Assembly (NCBI GenBank): GCA_001949185.1
Contig: BDGG01000001.1
Span: 5,927,591 to 5,991,590 of the forward strand
DNA length: 64,000 bases
Reading direction: 5' to 3'
Source of the DNA: Ramazzottius varieornatus
Taxonomy: Eukaryota > Animalia > Tardigrada
Numbering within the stretch: the stretch's first letter is position 1; each line of letters starts with the position of its first letter. The notes beneath the pieces are model-generated. The model had not been told where the DNA came from. It did not search any database and saw only the letters and a list, made by a program, of their open reading frames with translations. Shown in pieces: positions 12,689 to 25,193 of this stretch. Position numbers and translations under genes: made by a program.

Positions 12689-15600
12689 TAATGATGAGTA
12701 TTACACGCAGCTGGTCCGTGTAATGTAAAATGTCGTGTAAAATGGTGTAATTACAAACGTGTAATTACATTGTACACGAATTACATTTTACAGTCGATAG
12801 TGCGGGTCCGGTGTGAAAACACTGGAACAACTGTTCGAAACAACCCAGAGCAATAACGGAACAATATCTTACTCTAGAACACTTGACCGCGATAAATTTA
12901 AGCTCACCGATAAAGTTCACTGATTAAACTCAGACACCAGAAGTATTAAACAACTCTGCCAACGTGAAAAACTTCTCGCCGGAAAGCGCAGGTTGGTCAC
13001 CATCACCGTCTTCTTCTGCCGCTTCGTTTTCTTGCGCGAATAGCTCATCCAGCTCCGATGTTTGACTCTCTAGCCTCATCAGATCACCCGAGCGCGACCC
13101 TGTAAAACCAATGCACTAATAAGTACAGGCCTTTGAATCACGGTTGGTACAAGCGTTCAAACTATGATCAGAAGGATATTCATATATTTCATATAATTAG
13201 AAGACCGTTCTTTACCTTGATCCGCGATTGCTCCACCTTCTATTTCGATTGTTGGAACTCCGCAATGTGATGTTGTTTGCTTTCTTTTCCGTTTTCTTCT
13301 GCTTTTCCGCTTCTCGCACGTTATCTTCCCGGTAAAATTTCATCTTCACTGTGCACATCCCGCTTACCAAGCTTAGCTGCAGTCGGTTCCTGTTGGCAGT
13401 GTGGACTTCCTTCATCTTCTTCCACGGCGTGAGGACATGCGGACAGGAGAAACTTTGCTAACTGAGCCAGCTCGGCGTGTTCAGTTTCGGTGTACGACCA
13501 GTAGTCGAACGGGTTACTCAGTTGTCTGGTGTATTTCGCGTCAAAAATGTTCTTACTTCCGCTGTAATGAATGGCAGAGGTTAACAGTTTCGTGGGGTCT
13601 TTTCGGAAGAACTGTCGATATAGGTCGCTAGCCCATTTGTAGATGACACCGCTGTGGACTTTTGCTGGGTCGCTGCGGAACAAGTTGAGCTTGTACTTGG
13701 GGTGGAGGAACATGGCCACAACAACAACGTCGGTCTGATAGAAGCTCCTCCATCGCTTTTCCAACTGAAACATCAGCGTCCACGAAATGTCCCGGTCTCT
13801 CAGGTGCGAGAAACTTAGGTAGATATTCCGGACAGCCGCTCCCATATCAGCAATCGTACATTTATCCGACTCTGCTTCTCTCTGTGCTCCTACCAGAGGC
13901 TTCAGCACGACAGCAATTTCTCTCGCGCCAGCCCAGAAATCGTCGTCATCCAGAACCACTTTCAGCTCGAATGGAACGAGGCCCAAGTTGGTACCATACC
14001 TGACACCATACATCTACAAAAACAAAGCTGACCGGATTCTACTGTACAGAAATTTCGTTCTTGCAAAACTTTCAGTTACTACGAACCAAATTACAATAAC
14101 TACATACAATAGTTACTTGTGATACGCTCTTGGAATCCAGTACTCGCTGCACGCTCACATTAATGGAGTACCAGCGCGTTTGTGTCCATCCAGGCATGGA
14201 AATTTCTTTGGAGTAAAACTCGAACTGGAGATCGCGTAACGTGCCCTGCGACAAGCTGCTTTTGCGGAACCAGTTGGACACTACATCACTCTGACGAAGG
14301 GTTTCTTTAAACTGGGGCACAAACTTGATTACGTCTTGTATAATCAAGTTGATCTGATGAGCATTACAGGGAGAAAAAAGGATGTGCGGGAGCTTTTCCG
14401 AAAGAAGACGCCTGGCTTTACGATGAGCACCGTCGGAGTCGCATGTGACATATCTGACGTCAGCCTTGTACTCTTTTTTCACCTGGGTAATCTTTTGAAG
14501 GCTTTCTTTCATCATGTGCTCACCGTCATAGTTAACGCCAGTAACATCGAGAGCCGATCCCAGGGTGAAGTTTACGGTACCGCTCTCATCTCGTACTGTC
14601 AAAAGGAAACCTACAAAACACCCATTTTTCCATTGCAGCACAAGCTATAAGAGAAGCTGCAGAAATCTCTTTGGTACCCAGTATTTTATCGCGGTTTACG
14701 TTCTTATATCCATCGAACGTTAATGTGAGGAATTTCTGATCCGTCAGCTTGCTCGTTACTTCGGGAGTTGCTTCTGCTATACGTGCTGGCACAATACGGC
14801 GAGAAACTGTGAATCGGCTGAGAATGACCACACTAGGACAGAGGAACTTAAGTAGACGTTCCATTCTGGCATCGTCGGCCGCGCTGAAGGGGATGTTACA
14901 GCTGACGCATGCATCACCGTATAATTCTTCGAACTGTTTCTGCTCATCCTTGGTTAGAGGACGATCTACGAAGCCCAGTAAACTGCTCTGACTTCTCACA
15001 CGTTTAGTGGCAAGTTCCGTGGAAGTCTCAGTTGCCGATGCTCGCTTGACAGTCACCGGAAAGTGCTTCTCTCGGACGGTTCGAGGAACGTGGACACACT
15101 TCTTCAGATACTGTTCCATCCGTGGCTTGTCTCTTCGAATAGGCTTGACATTCTTGACTCCAGCTTCCACACAGTGCTTACAGGTGGCTTGGCGTAGTTT
15201 AGAGTTGAGCCAGTGCTCGGAACTTCTTTCGAATTCTGCCCATACATCGAGTCGACCGGGCTTGCTGTCTCCTATCAACAATCAATTATAGTCAGAATGT
15301 TATCGGCTAAAATCTGGTACAATTCTAATACCCATGGAAGTGGTTCGCAAATAACAATTATCTGTCTTATCTCTCTCCGTGTCACCGCCGCCGTCGTTTT
15401 CTTCGATGTCAGACATGGCAGTAACACTTTCATACGTGAAAACATATGAAAATGTTGGAACTACGACCTCGAGAACGGAGGTCCGAAGATCAAAGTGAAA
15501 TATGCCAGTTCAAACACGTTAAACCACGAGACAAGTTAGCACTGGTGACGCAGGCACCTACTAGCTTGGTCAAGCAATCAACCCAGACTTAGCGTGCACG

Positions 15601-15753
15601 TTCAATCAAACCGTGCCACAGTCACTTGACGTTACGAGTTTCTCTCGTTGCGGCGTCATGTATTCACGGTTGTGATTACACTTTTACATCTGTATTTTAC
15701 ATTACAAGTTCCTAGCGGTTATAATGTAGTGTAAAATGTAATGCTCATCATTA
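12689..15753 (-). mobile_element. Full-length hAT DNA transposon (3065 bp)
   Basis: The 17-bp TIRs TAATGATGAG(T/C)ATTACA lie at 12689-12705 and 15737-15753. A perfect 8-bp TSD ATGTCACA lies at 12681-12688 and 15754-15761. TGTAA/TTACA subterminal repeats occur at both ends. Confidence 0.95.
13212..15281 (-). pseudogene. hAT transposase (BED finger, DDE core, hATC dimerisation domain), spliced, inactivated by a small deletion and frameshift near 13425
   Basis: Motifs are VWAEF..ATCKHC (BED), LTFDGY, YVTCDSD..PCNAHQINL, TRWYS, FLHPKYK and PFDYW..LAKFLLSACPHA. After a frameshift comes WKKMKEVHTANRNRL; the S-x-E-R segment is missing. Introns are about 14677-14612 and 14116-14014. Confidence 0.9.
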
Positions 15754-16811
15754 ATGTCACAGCTATCAATTTCTTTACAGAGTTTGGGCATCAGATTCAA
15801 GCTTACCTTGCTACGTCAGTGTATTACGTCATTTACAATTTTAAAACTTCCAATGTGGCCTGTTTTGCGCCGTCTGTACTAATTCTTCGGACAAGGTCTT
15901 GGCTTTCTTGTCTGTCAAAATACCAGTTGAGAACGTTAGAGATAGCAGAACATGGCAAAAGTGTTTTAAAGGCAGAATCTGGTTTTTGGGGGACGCCTTC
16001 GACCGAACAGCTGATTTACCGACTCACTCAAGTGACGTCACTTAATCTGGATCCAGCGGACTATCGCAAACCCAGTATATGCATTTGAACAGAAACAGGA
16101 TCTGTGACGTACGGAGATGTTGGGAGGTAATACAGTAAACGAGCTTTCGTGAGATGTATGGTGAGCCGCGCGACTCAAATGTCCGCTGCGGGTGGATGCG
16201 CGTAGAAAATGAAGTTATCCGACGCATCGAAGAACAACGAAGAGCCCACCTACGTACTGTAATAACCAAATGCAGTTCCTGAACAGGACTACCACAGGCA
16301 GATCTCACTAAGGAAACTTCTGTCGAGGCCAGCGGTTGCAACGATGCACTAGCAATGTCCGCCAATTCCTAATGGGTACTTGTCAGGTAACACATTTAGG
16401 AAAGGACGCCCAGCTCACCGCGATGTAATCTACTGGACGGCCTGCCATCCGTTTCCCACCCCTCAGTTAGATCACTCTGACGACAGTCACAAATTGTCAG
16501 ATTACGACTTCTGGAATTTGGTAAACAGGAATTTTTTATTTCCGGGTGCAGAAACCATCCGTCAGATGCGCCACTTTAGTGAGGTCGCAAGAACTGAATC
16601 TTTCCATCCTCGAGGACTTCTGGAAAAGTTTTGGTGTTCAGTAGCCACCTTAGAGTGTGTTCTGTCTTTCCCCAAAGCTGTTTTGAGATTCGGCTGTTTC
16701 TGCTCTTAGATAGAAGGAATATATTCTTGAAATTTTGTTTCGTTTTCCGCCCAGAGGACATGGGCGGCGAACACTCATCAAGGATACTGGGCACTGTTTT
16801 CGAAAGAGAAT

Positions 16812-17036
16812 GAGGAAGATTTTGAGGACTACAATATCTGTTTATAATGATATAGCGAATAACCTTCCCCTCTTCTGTTTACCCTTATCTAAGTACAGCG
16901 TGGTACTTCCTGCTTCAATGCATAGCCATACTTTTGCTGCCTTCATGAAGCGATGCAGGAAGTTGTCTTCCTCATTCGCTTTCTCGTTTTGCGCCCACCC
17001 GCCCGCTCCTATTTTATGTGTGAAGGTTCTCAGCTG
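16812..17036 (+). repeat. Dispersed repeat of about 225 bp, copy 1 (inverted copy at about 39384-39611)
   Basis: The reverse complement aligns with 39384-39611, e.g. GTACTTCCTGCTTCAATGCATAGCCATAC against GTATGGCTATGCATCGAAGCAGGAGGTAC. Confidence 0.8.
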
Positions 17037-17535
17037 ATTTCGCCTTTTATAAGCGTATCTGAAGGAAAGCGCATCTGAACGTGATGATGCGCAGAGCAAA
17101 TTCCGCATCGCGCGCCAGCCAATACCAACGCGTTTGGCGACAAAACCGCCCCGAAAAGCTTCATTCCTTTGTGGTCGAGCTTGGTATTGCTCAAGTCACT
17201 CTATAAAAAACGCCTCGCTTCGCTCGACTGGACAAAAAATTTCTCCGGAGAGCAAATACTTGTAGAAACCATCTCTGTTGAACTGGACGATTCATCTCAC
17301 AAACGGAGCGGAGATGAAAGTACATACTATTCCTCATAAAACACTTTGCTGTTTACCGCTGAGATATCCAGCCGTACCAGCTGTAAATAGACAGCGAGTA
17401 ACAGGTTGTAAAGATTTCCTAGTTAAGTTATGTTACAACGGCTACAGTCGTATAGATGTGGAGATGGTCGGATTACGCGGCAACTGAGCAAATTGCACAC
17501 AACAACATTGCTCAGTGTACAGTCGAACCATGTTG

Positions 17536-17560
17536 GAGAGAGAGAGAGAGAGAGAGAGAG
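17536..17560 (+). repeat. (GA)n microsatellite
   Basis: About 12 GA units are directly visible. Confidence 0.95.
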
Positions 17561-17867
17561 GCTTACTGACAGCTTGTTCGGCAGTCGAGCGAAGTTTCGA
17601 TCACGTTCCCGTCATGCTGCTTCTTACCGGTGAGATGGATATCCAGAATTAAAGCAGAACGAGGTTGAAATCCTTCAAGGACCGTAGGGGCATGAGCGCA
17701 CGAGAAAGCAGGAGTGTCGGTTTCACTATCCGAAAGACTTGAGAGATTTGTAAGCTTTGCTTGAGGACGATCTAGCTAGGCAAATGACAGTTTGTATCTT
17801 GTCGAATATGTATATGGATGCGGCATTGCAGAAACTGACGGTTTCGAATGATATCAAGACTAACTGC

Positions 17868-17966
17868 AAGGTTTACAATTCAGCTGAAAAGCAGGAGGCG
17901 CTAACACCATTATTTGAGCAGCTTTACCAGCAAGATCCGGAAGGCGTTTTGTTCGTCGATCCGGTC
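17868..17966 (+). pseudogene. CBP/p300 bromodomain N-terminal fragment
   Basis: KVYNSAEKQEALTPLFEQLYQQDPEGVLFVDPV resembles the CBP/p300 bromodomain start (K.F.PEELRQALMPTLEALYRQDPESLPFRQPV). The similarity then stops. Confidence 0.6.
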
Positions 17967-19619
17967 GCCCTGTCGCCGCGTACGAGGAGATTGTCCGATA
18001 AAGCCCCTTTCTCATTCTCCAGTAGGAGCGCAAAAAACCTTTCACGTTTTTTATGGTAAGGAATGTTCCATCCTTTTCAAGCATCCAGCTTTACACGATA
18101 TCGAGCTACCGGAATGTGCTTGTCAGAATATGTGCTTCCTGCCGGCAGCTCTTGGCTCACTGACCACGCATTGGTGAGGCTGTCGTCCGGGCCTGAGAGC
18201 CAAGGTCCTTTTAATTCCGCTCGTGAGAGTCGGGCTGAACAAATGCGAAATTATCGAAACATCAATCCCTAACTGAGACTGACGCATACGTTCATCGTTG
18301 CTTTCAGTATTCATTTGAGCTCGTTTAATACCCCCTCAAACCAAAACAGCTGAACAGGGGAATTCTTCAAGCCGAAGAGGGCTCATAGAAAATTCTTGCG
18401 CTCTGTTCGCTATGTGGGTTGCAAGAGAGTTTGCATTCTTGTCATTGACAAACAGCGAGGCCTTCAGACACTGGCGTAGTTGGCCGAAAAGCATGTGAGA
18501 AAACTAGTACACGCTTCCTCTGGAGAAGTATTTCGATAAACCGGGAATCACGAAGATTCTGCTCGAGAGAGCGTGTGTTCGCCACTGGCTCAAAGAGTCA
18601 CCACGTTGTTTTCAGCACATGCTAACTGGAGAGACCAGATACATGGAGCGGAGAATACTGTATAGTATGATTTAAAGTAGGAGAACTGCGTTCTTTCTAG
18701 CGCGTTCGACCGGGTTTTCAGGACTGCGACGTCGATTGAACGATAATCCCAACACGATAAAGAAATTACAAGACCGAAAACCAGAAAGACGTACACTTAT
18801 GAAGGCGATACAGTTTGCTGTCATGGTTTGCATCATGAAAGAGATGCCCTTGATCGCAAAGTTGTAATCCAGTGCTCAGTTTTCGCTACCGTCTTACCCT
18901 CAACTGTCATTGCAGTCTAGCTACAAGTTCAGTGTCCGGAACCAGCAAGTACAGCATTGTGGACTACAGACCGAAGGTCTGGCATCCGTTTGTACGAATA
19001 CTACACACCCGTATCGACATTACGGTCGTCGGTCGTCAGGTGGAAGACCTTGCAAAGTTGTGCCATCAATTTGATGCCGTCGCTGGCGCGAAAACATGGA
19101 GCAGGCTGCTGCTGCCACATCCTTGAACTATTGAAGGTGACCTTGATTCTGAAAGTCGGTAGTCTGTTAAAAGCAGTGTATACTTCAGACTGAGAAAATG
19201 CAGTTTTTCATCTGGAACCTCAGATTGAATCGCACAGCGCACCCAGTCGAGAAAGCCTATCCGAGAGAAAGGCTTCATGGAAGCTATCGTCAGACTTTGT
19301 TGGCCTTGGTACAAGACGGAGTCTTCAAGTTGCAAAACGAAACGGGGTTGCACCGAAACGGAAAAAAGGCAGACGAACATTGCTGCACCAGTTCTCCTCC
19401 ATGACCATCCCATTTTTACCCATCGACCATTTGCCTATAGCCAGTCCCTTCATCATGTCGACAAGACCTTGATGGCGCCATCTCAAAAGACAACTCTTAA
19501 TCAGACGAGGCGACAATTATGGAATCAGACTAACCACGTTTCCCAAGACGCTAGTCCAAGTACCTCGGAACCCACGCTTACGACTAAGTATACTGCGAAA
19601 TGGTCGTCTCACGTAGACC

Positions 19620-20010
19620 GGAAGTGTGTGTGACCATGCTAGACAAGGACTTCGTGCAGTAGAAGCGAAGCATGCCGAGCAAAAATTCTCAAAGGATCAA
19701 CTTTGCTCTTGTGTGGCCTCCATGTTACAATTCGATGGAGTGAAACTCAACAAGCAAGAACGGACGTTCTGGGTGTAACTAACTAAGCTGTTCTTACTGC
19801 TTTCCCGCGTGCGTTGTGTACTTCCACAGGACAAGCTTTCGAGAACGAGTGGAGGGACTGATGGAAGCTCGCCCTGACCATCCCGAAAATGACTCCAAAG
19901 ACAACTGGCATCCCATCGCGGACAAGTGGGTTCAGCACCATTGGAAGATTGTCCCTGCGTGGTTGACACGTACGACGAACAACAGAATGGCTAGGTCACG
20001 ATCTGAACTG
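19620..20010 (+). mobile_element. Degenerate MULE transposase relic
   Basis: TMLDKDF (second catalytic Asp region), STLLLCGLHV (CxxH) and W...RTTNN (pre-Glu region) appear in order, broken by stops and frameshifts. Confidence 0.6.
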
Positions 20011-20065
20011 TATGTGCTTCGAGCAGAAGAGCCTGCGGAATCTCTTCCACAAATTTCTGGATGCC

Positions 20066-20619
20066 CAACTGAGTACGGTTTTTTAGGAAGGGGTTTTTTC
20101 ACGTGTCCCCAATTGTTCAGGGGACGACTTTAAAGGTTTTGCACTCAAGTGGTCAGATGAGGGTATTGGGACGTTCTTGTAGAAAATTCAATGGGCTATC
20201 GAACTTACGTAATAGAAGTCCTGTCCGATAACTGATTGGAAAATTATGGGAGGAAACAGATAAGGGTCCAATATTCCAGTTCTTCGTTGACTTCACCCAT
20301 GACGTCATCGTACACACGAAAGGTCCCCCAGGGCCCAGGCAGTAGGTACAAACTGGTCAATGCACCGGGTTAACCTTCACGCGTATGATGACGTCATACG
20401 TGAGGTGTACGAAGTCGTACGAGGTAGGTGGAACTGCCCGTTCCAAAAATCCCGCATAGGTGAAAACTTTGAAAATTCATTTCTCCGAAACTCGTCATGC
20501 CATTTCGTGACAGTTGATGCCATTCGATAGCCCTAATTTTTCTCTACAACCCGAAGCTTAAATCGTCAAATTCGGAATCCTGACCAAACAAGTCTTTTCT
20601 AAAAAACCGTACTCAACTG
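20066..20619. mobile_element. MITE-like non-autonomous element
   Basis: Imperfect TIRs CA(A/G)(C/T)TGAGTACGGTTTTTTAG lie at 20066-20090 and 20595-20619. There is an inner inverted match GGGCTATCGAA / TTCGATAGCCC. No clean TSD. Confidence 0.7.
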
Positions 20620-21187
20620 ATGTCAGTAACAAGCTGTGCACCTAACTTCGGTCCTCCAAGACCGTCGTTTCTTGATTGGGTAGTGACCCTTACCAATTTA
20701 TGCTTGATGCTGACCTGCGGATCCTACCTAGGTGTTGCTTGTAGGAATGTAACCATCACCTCCCCCGTTCTTCAATCTTCACTTCACATTTGATTGTGGG
20801 AGGCCCACTTGATTACTTCTTTGGTCCAAGCCGCTAACATTTAGATGGCTACTTTATTTTTGCCAAGTAGATAAACAGTCGTTATCACTTACCTTTTGCG
20901 GCAGATGATGGTTAGTCGAAAGCGAATCTCCACGGTCGCATTCTAGTGACACACTGTACTGGAACGGGTGACGGAACATGAACTGGACCATAAACCAAGA
21001 ACTTGGGAGGCTAAAGACTGTTAAGAACTCGTAACTCGGGCAAGATTGATTCGCGCGCTGTTCTTGTTACTGCCGTAGAGTAATGACGAAACTAAAAAAG
21101 CTCCTGCTGGTTCGAAAGTAGAGCCTCAGTCGCCCCGTAATCGTGGAAGAACTTTGCGAAAGGTGTCAAGATCTTGCCGCATAGATC

Positions 21188-21736
21188 TATGGTGATCCGC
21201 GCGACCCAAGAGTCCACGGTACCGTACTTTCAACGCGGGTGGATGCGCGGAGAAACTCCGTGCTCGGTGAAATACTTTATACGNNNNNNNNNNNNNNNNN
21301 NNNNNNNNNNNNNNNNNNNNNNNNNNNNNNNNNNNNNNNNNNNNNNNNNNNNNNNNNNNNNNNNNNNNNNNNNNNNNNNNNNNNNNNNNNNNNNNNNNNN
21401 NNNNNNNNNNNNNNNNNNNNNNNNNNNNNNNNNNNNNNNNNNNNNNNNNNNNNNNNNNNNNNNNNNNNNNNNNNNNNNNNNNNNNNNNNNNNNNNNNNNN
21501 NNNNNNNNNNNNNNNNNNNNNNNNNNNNNNNNNNNNNNNNNNNNNNNNNNNNNNNNNNNNNNNNNNNNNNNNNNNNNNNNNNNNNNNNNNNNNNNNNNNN
21601 NNNNNNNCCCGCGGACTAGCATGAGTTTCACCGCGGGTGTACGCGCGTATAAAGTATTTCACCGAGCACGGAGTTTCTCCGCGCATCCACCCGCGGTGAA
21701 AGTACTGTGGACTTTAGAGTCGCGCGGCTCACCATA
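21188..21736. mobile_element. Foldback/MITE-like element with inverted repeats of about 95 bp spanning an assembly gap
   Basis: 21188-21283 is the near reverse complement of 21646-21736. N-gap at 21284-21607. A partial third copy lies at about 16157-16208. Confidence 0.75.
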
Positions 21737-21998
21737 TATTGATAGTTCGATCTACGTAGGTGACTGTAGACACAGACCGCATTTGTCGTGCTCGGCGCAC
21801 TGTTCACAGACTACATTACGGAAACACTTCCGTCGTTTTTACGATTTTAGTTCGAAGGGGCGAACCCGGAAATTTCATGTGAGAAAAATGTTTTCAAAAA
21901 AATAAAATGAGCAGAGGTTATCAATCTTGAGGAATGGAGCGTCCCGGAGCGAAAGAAAAATGCATATAAAATTATCGTCTACAATCCAAAACGCTTTG

Positions 21999-24730
21999 CT
22001 ACTTTCGTACTCCGCTTCCGGCACCGGAAGACTTACCAGCGAGCAGGTACGCTTGATACAAAGCAAAGGCAACTGCGAAAACCACAGCAAGAAGTACTGT
22101 CAACTTCTGAAGACGACCTGTATATACAAAACACAATCACTGAATGGGCAGAAACGATACTGTGTTCCCTCCAAAATTTTACCAGCCCATAAAATAATTT
22201 CCGGGTGATCATGGTTCAGTCAGCAGCCCCCGGGGATTATTTTGTGGGCCTGTCATGTGACTGCGAGAAACCTTCGAGGAAGTGCGGTAGTTTAAACTGG
22301 AAATTTGGAACAGAGAAAATAGCAGTGGCAGCATCAACTCGGCCGGATTCTTTTTCCAAGTGGCGCAGGTATTTACTGATACTGGCTGGAAGCGTGCGCC
22401 CCGTAGGAGAACCGTTCGGCCGAGTTCGTTTGCTGAGCTCCCATCTCGGCCTCACCTTGATCGCTACCGGTGTCACGGTGAGCAGGCTGAATGAATTTCG
22501 CGTCGGAGGCGGATGAACCCATTGAGCCGGTTTCATCGGCCATTTCTTCCACATCATCGCTGTGGGTTGACAGAGATTCCAACGCGGAATCCACGTCACG
22601 CTGGTTGGGTATCATTTCAATATTCCCAATCACTTCTCTCGTACTCATGGAGGCATCCATGTCAAGGAGACCCACAAAGACCTCCAAAGAGTCCCGCAGC
22701 CGCTCGCTTTCGTGCAGGTAGTTCGAGAAGCATATTTTGCCCTTGTTCAGTGGCGCGAGAACCCTTCTTGGCAGCTCATGGACTACATCAAACTCTGAAA
22801 AGGAGAGGAAGCCTCAGAACCTAGAAAATTTTGATTGGAAGCCCGACGAACGAACTTCACGAGATCGCTTCTAGCAATGGCGCACGCTTACAGTCAACAG
22901 AGACGAAAACGTGCGCCACTTTGCAAAACAGTCCGCGATTGTAGGGCTTTCAGCAACTGAAATATCCTCGAGCGAAACAGTGTTTCCACCAGTCTGAATG
23001 TTTACTGTAGGGTGGGAGATACAAAGGGAAGGACAGGGCTTACCTTGCTCGTCAGTATCGGTTACGAGATAGTCTTGACAGTGAAGTTCCATCCGAGTCG
23101 TCATCGATCGGATCAAGTCGTTCTTCAACGCCTGAAAACCCAAACACAAACACTTTCCTACCCGACTGTGATGAAAATACTCTAGAAAATACCCGAGAAG
23201 TAACCTACCTGCAAGGCGAAGCTGACGTTGGCTTTGGAATGGACGTAAGCTCGGCCAACGATATCCGCTTTGAAAGCTAACCGACCGGAAGTCGACTGTC
23301 GACTTCTTCTCTCCACTTCGTCCATGCTCAGATCGTCCGAGATCTTTTCCAACGGTGTCAGGAAGCTCACTTCACAGAAACCTAAACAGACAATATGACG
23401 CTGTAATAACTTGCGAAATAACTCTGACAGACGGTAAGTGGTGAGAGGGGAAGAAAGCTGGTACCTTCGGAATTAAGCGGGCATGTTTTGTCCATACTGA
23501 CGAACTTCTCGTTCACCAGGCAGACACTGGACTTGACAGAGTTGGCGAAGGTCCCAGACAGCTTCTTCAGTACGCCTTCCACATCGCGGAACTTCAGCTC
23601 GGTGGGTTTCTCGATATTACACCGGAACTTGGTCTGCACTTCCGTCCACTGGAGCGACTGGTACGTGATGGATGTCAAGGGCTTAATGATGCTTTTCGGA
23701 TCTGCAGCGTCCATAATCAACGATGTAACACTGCAAGGAAACACAAAACGTACGATTATTTGCAGAAAAATGCCTGAACGGTCTCCATCGGCAATCTCTG
23801 TCAGGCTGAAACCAATCATACTTCTGTAACAACAAATGGCTGAAATCAATGTAGCCTTCTGCCGTCCCAGCTGAAGATTTTTGAACCGTGAAAACCCTTC
23901 CCAGCCATTGTGGCTTTATCCTTACATGTTCTGGGATCGCGGTTCGAACGCAAGGAGAATTTTATCGTCCACTTCCGACTCCACGTACAGCTCGGTACAG
24001 TCTTTCTGTATTGCTATGGACATCTCGTTCATCAGCTCCTTCAGTCGAGGCCTCACCGTCTTCGGCACTTCCCCTCCCAACGTGAAGAAGATTCCGAGGA
24101 TTTGCAATCCACCGGGAAGAAGTCGACTGACCTGCAAAGTCACACAGGAGACCTAAGATGGACCATCCACCGACGTAGCGCAGACACGTGATTTCCATAC
24201 ACATTCGATGGAAACACGTGATACCCGTTGATCATTGATTGACAAAGTCATTTGCGTACTTGAACAGCCAGCGAAGGTAACTTCGCATTGGTAACTAGAT
24301 CCTGGACGTCTGTCATCGGGCAGAATTTACGTTCTTTGGTGTATATCCAGGCAGGAGTTTCGTCAAGCTGGTCGGAAGGTCGAGATCCTTCATAGCTTGC
24401 AGGATCAGCGTCGCCTTGGCCATCGTCAGCGAAAGACACCAACCGGAAGAGATCGTTATCATTCACCTCTTCTACCTCCGTAGCTGGTGCTTTCGTCGCG
24501 CGGACGAAATGGGTAACTAAATATTTCCCAGCATCCACCTAGGAATAAGATCGGACCGTTGATGAAGCCGCAATATGCCTTTTCCGCAGAAAAGATAATT
24601 ATTATGGGAATAAGCGTTTTACTTGTCCGACGATGAGTCCACACGATCCACTGCGCAAACCACAGAACGCCGTAATCTGTGCCTTCAGCTTCTCCTCGAT
24701 GATCACGTGAGTCTTGGCAGTCGGAGCCAT
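21999..24730 (-). CDS. ODR4: Protein odr-4 homolog (ER GPCR maturation factor), multi-exon
   Basis: The peptides MAPTAKTHVIIEE..GLIVGQ, VSRLLPGGLQILGIF, GRAYVHSKANVSFALQALKNDLIRSMTTRMELHCQD and HELPRRVLAP match ODR4. The last exon 22117-21999 encodes the C-terminal TM anchor LTVLLAVVFAVAFALY. Confidence 0.9.
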
Positions 24731-25193
24731 CCTTCGATCTGCACCGCAAAGCCAACAGATAAACGGTAACTCGGTAAGACTAGGACGGGAATTTACAAAG
24801 CTGCAAAAGCCAAAAGTGAACTGTCCGACCTGTCGATACCCAATCAAAAAAGAACCAATCAAGCCAGATCTTTTTCTATTACGTCACTGCGTCTTGATAT
24901 GTTTAAAATAAAATGTAGATCCAATTATCCATCTTTGGAATTTCCGAACCCAAGAGGAAGGTTGCCGAGTTTTATTTACTTTTTCATCGTAACACCTTAC
25001 ATTATGTATGGGTACCCGAACTGTTGAAGAACAATGATTTCTTGATCGATAACGTGATTACTATGTTTTTGCACAACAACAAGTCCGGTAATCGTTGTAA
25101 ACACTGACATCAATACCGAAAATACACGCGAACAAGAAAACCTAAAAGCTCAAATCACATCGAGGTAGTCAACAAAAAACTACTCGAAAAGTT

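Noticed and set aside
21126-21905. Long ORFs in the ORF track
   Set aside because: Artefacts of translating through the N-gap.
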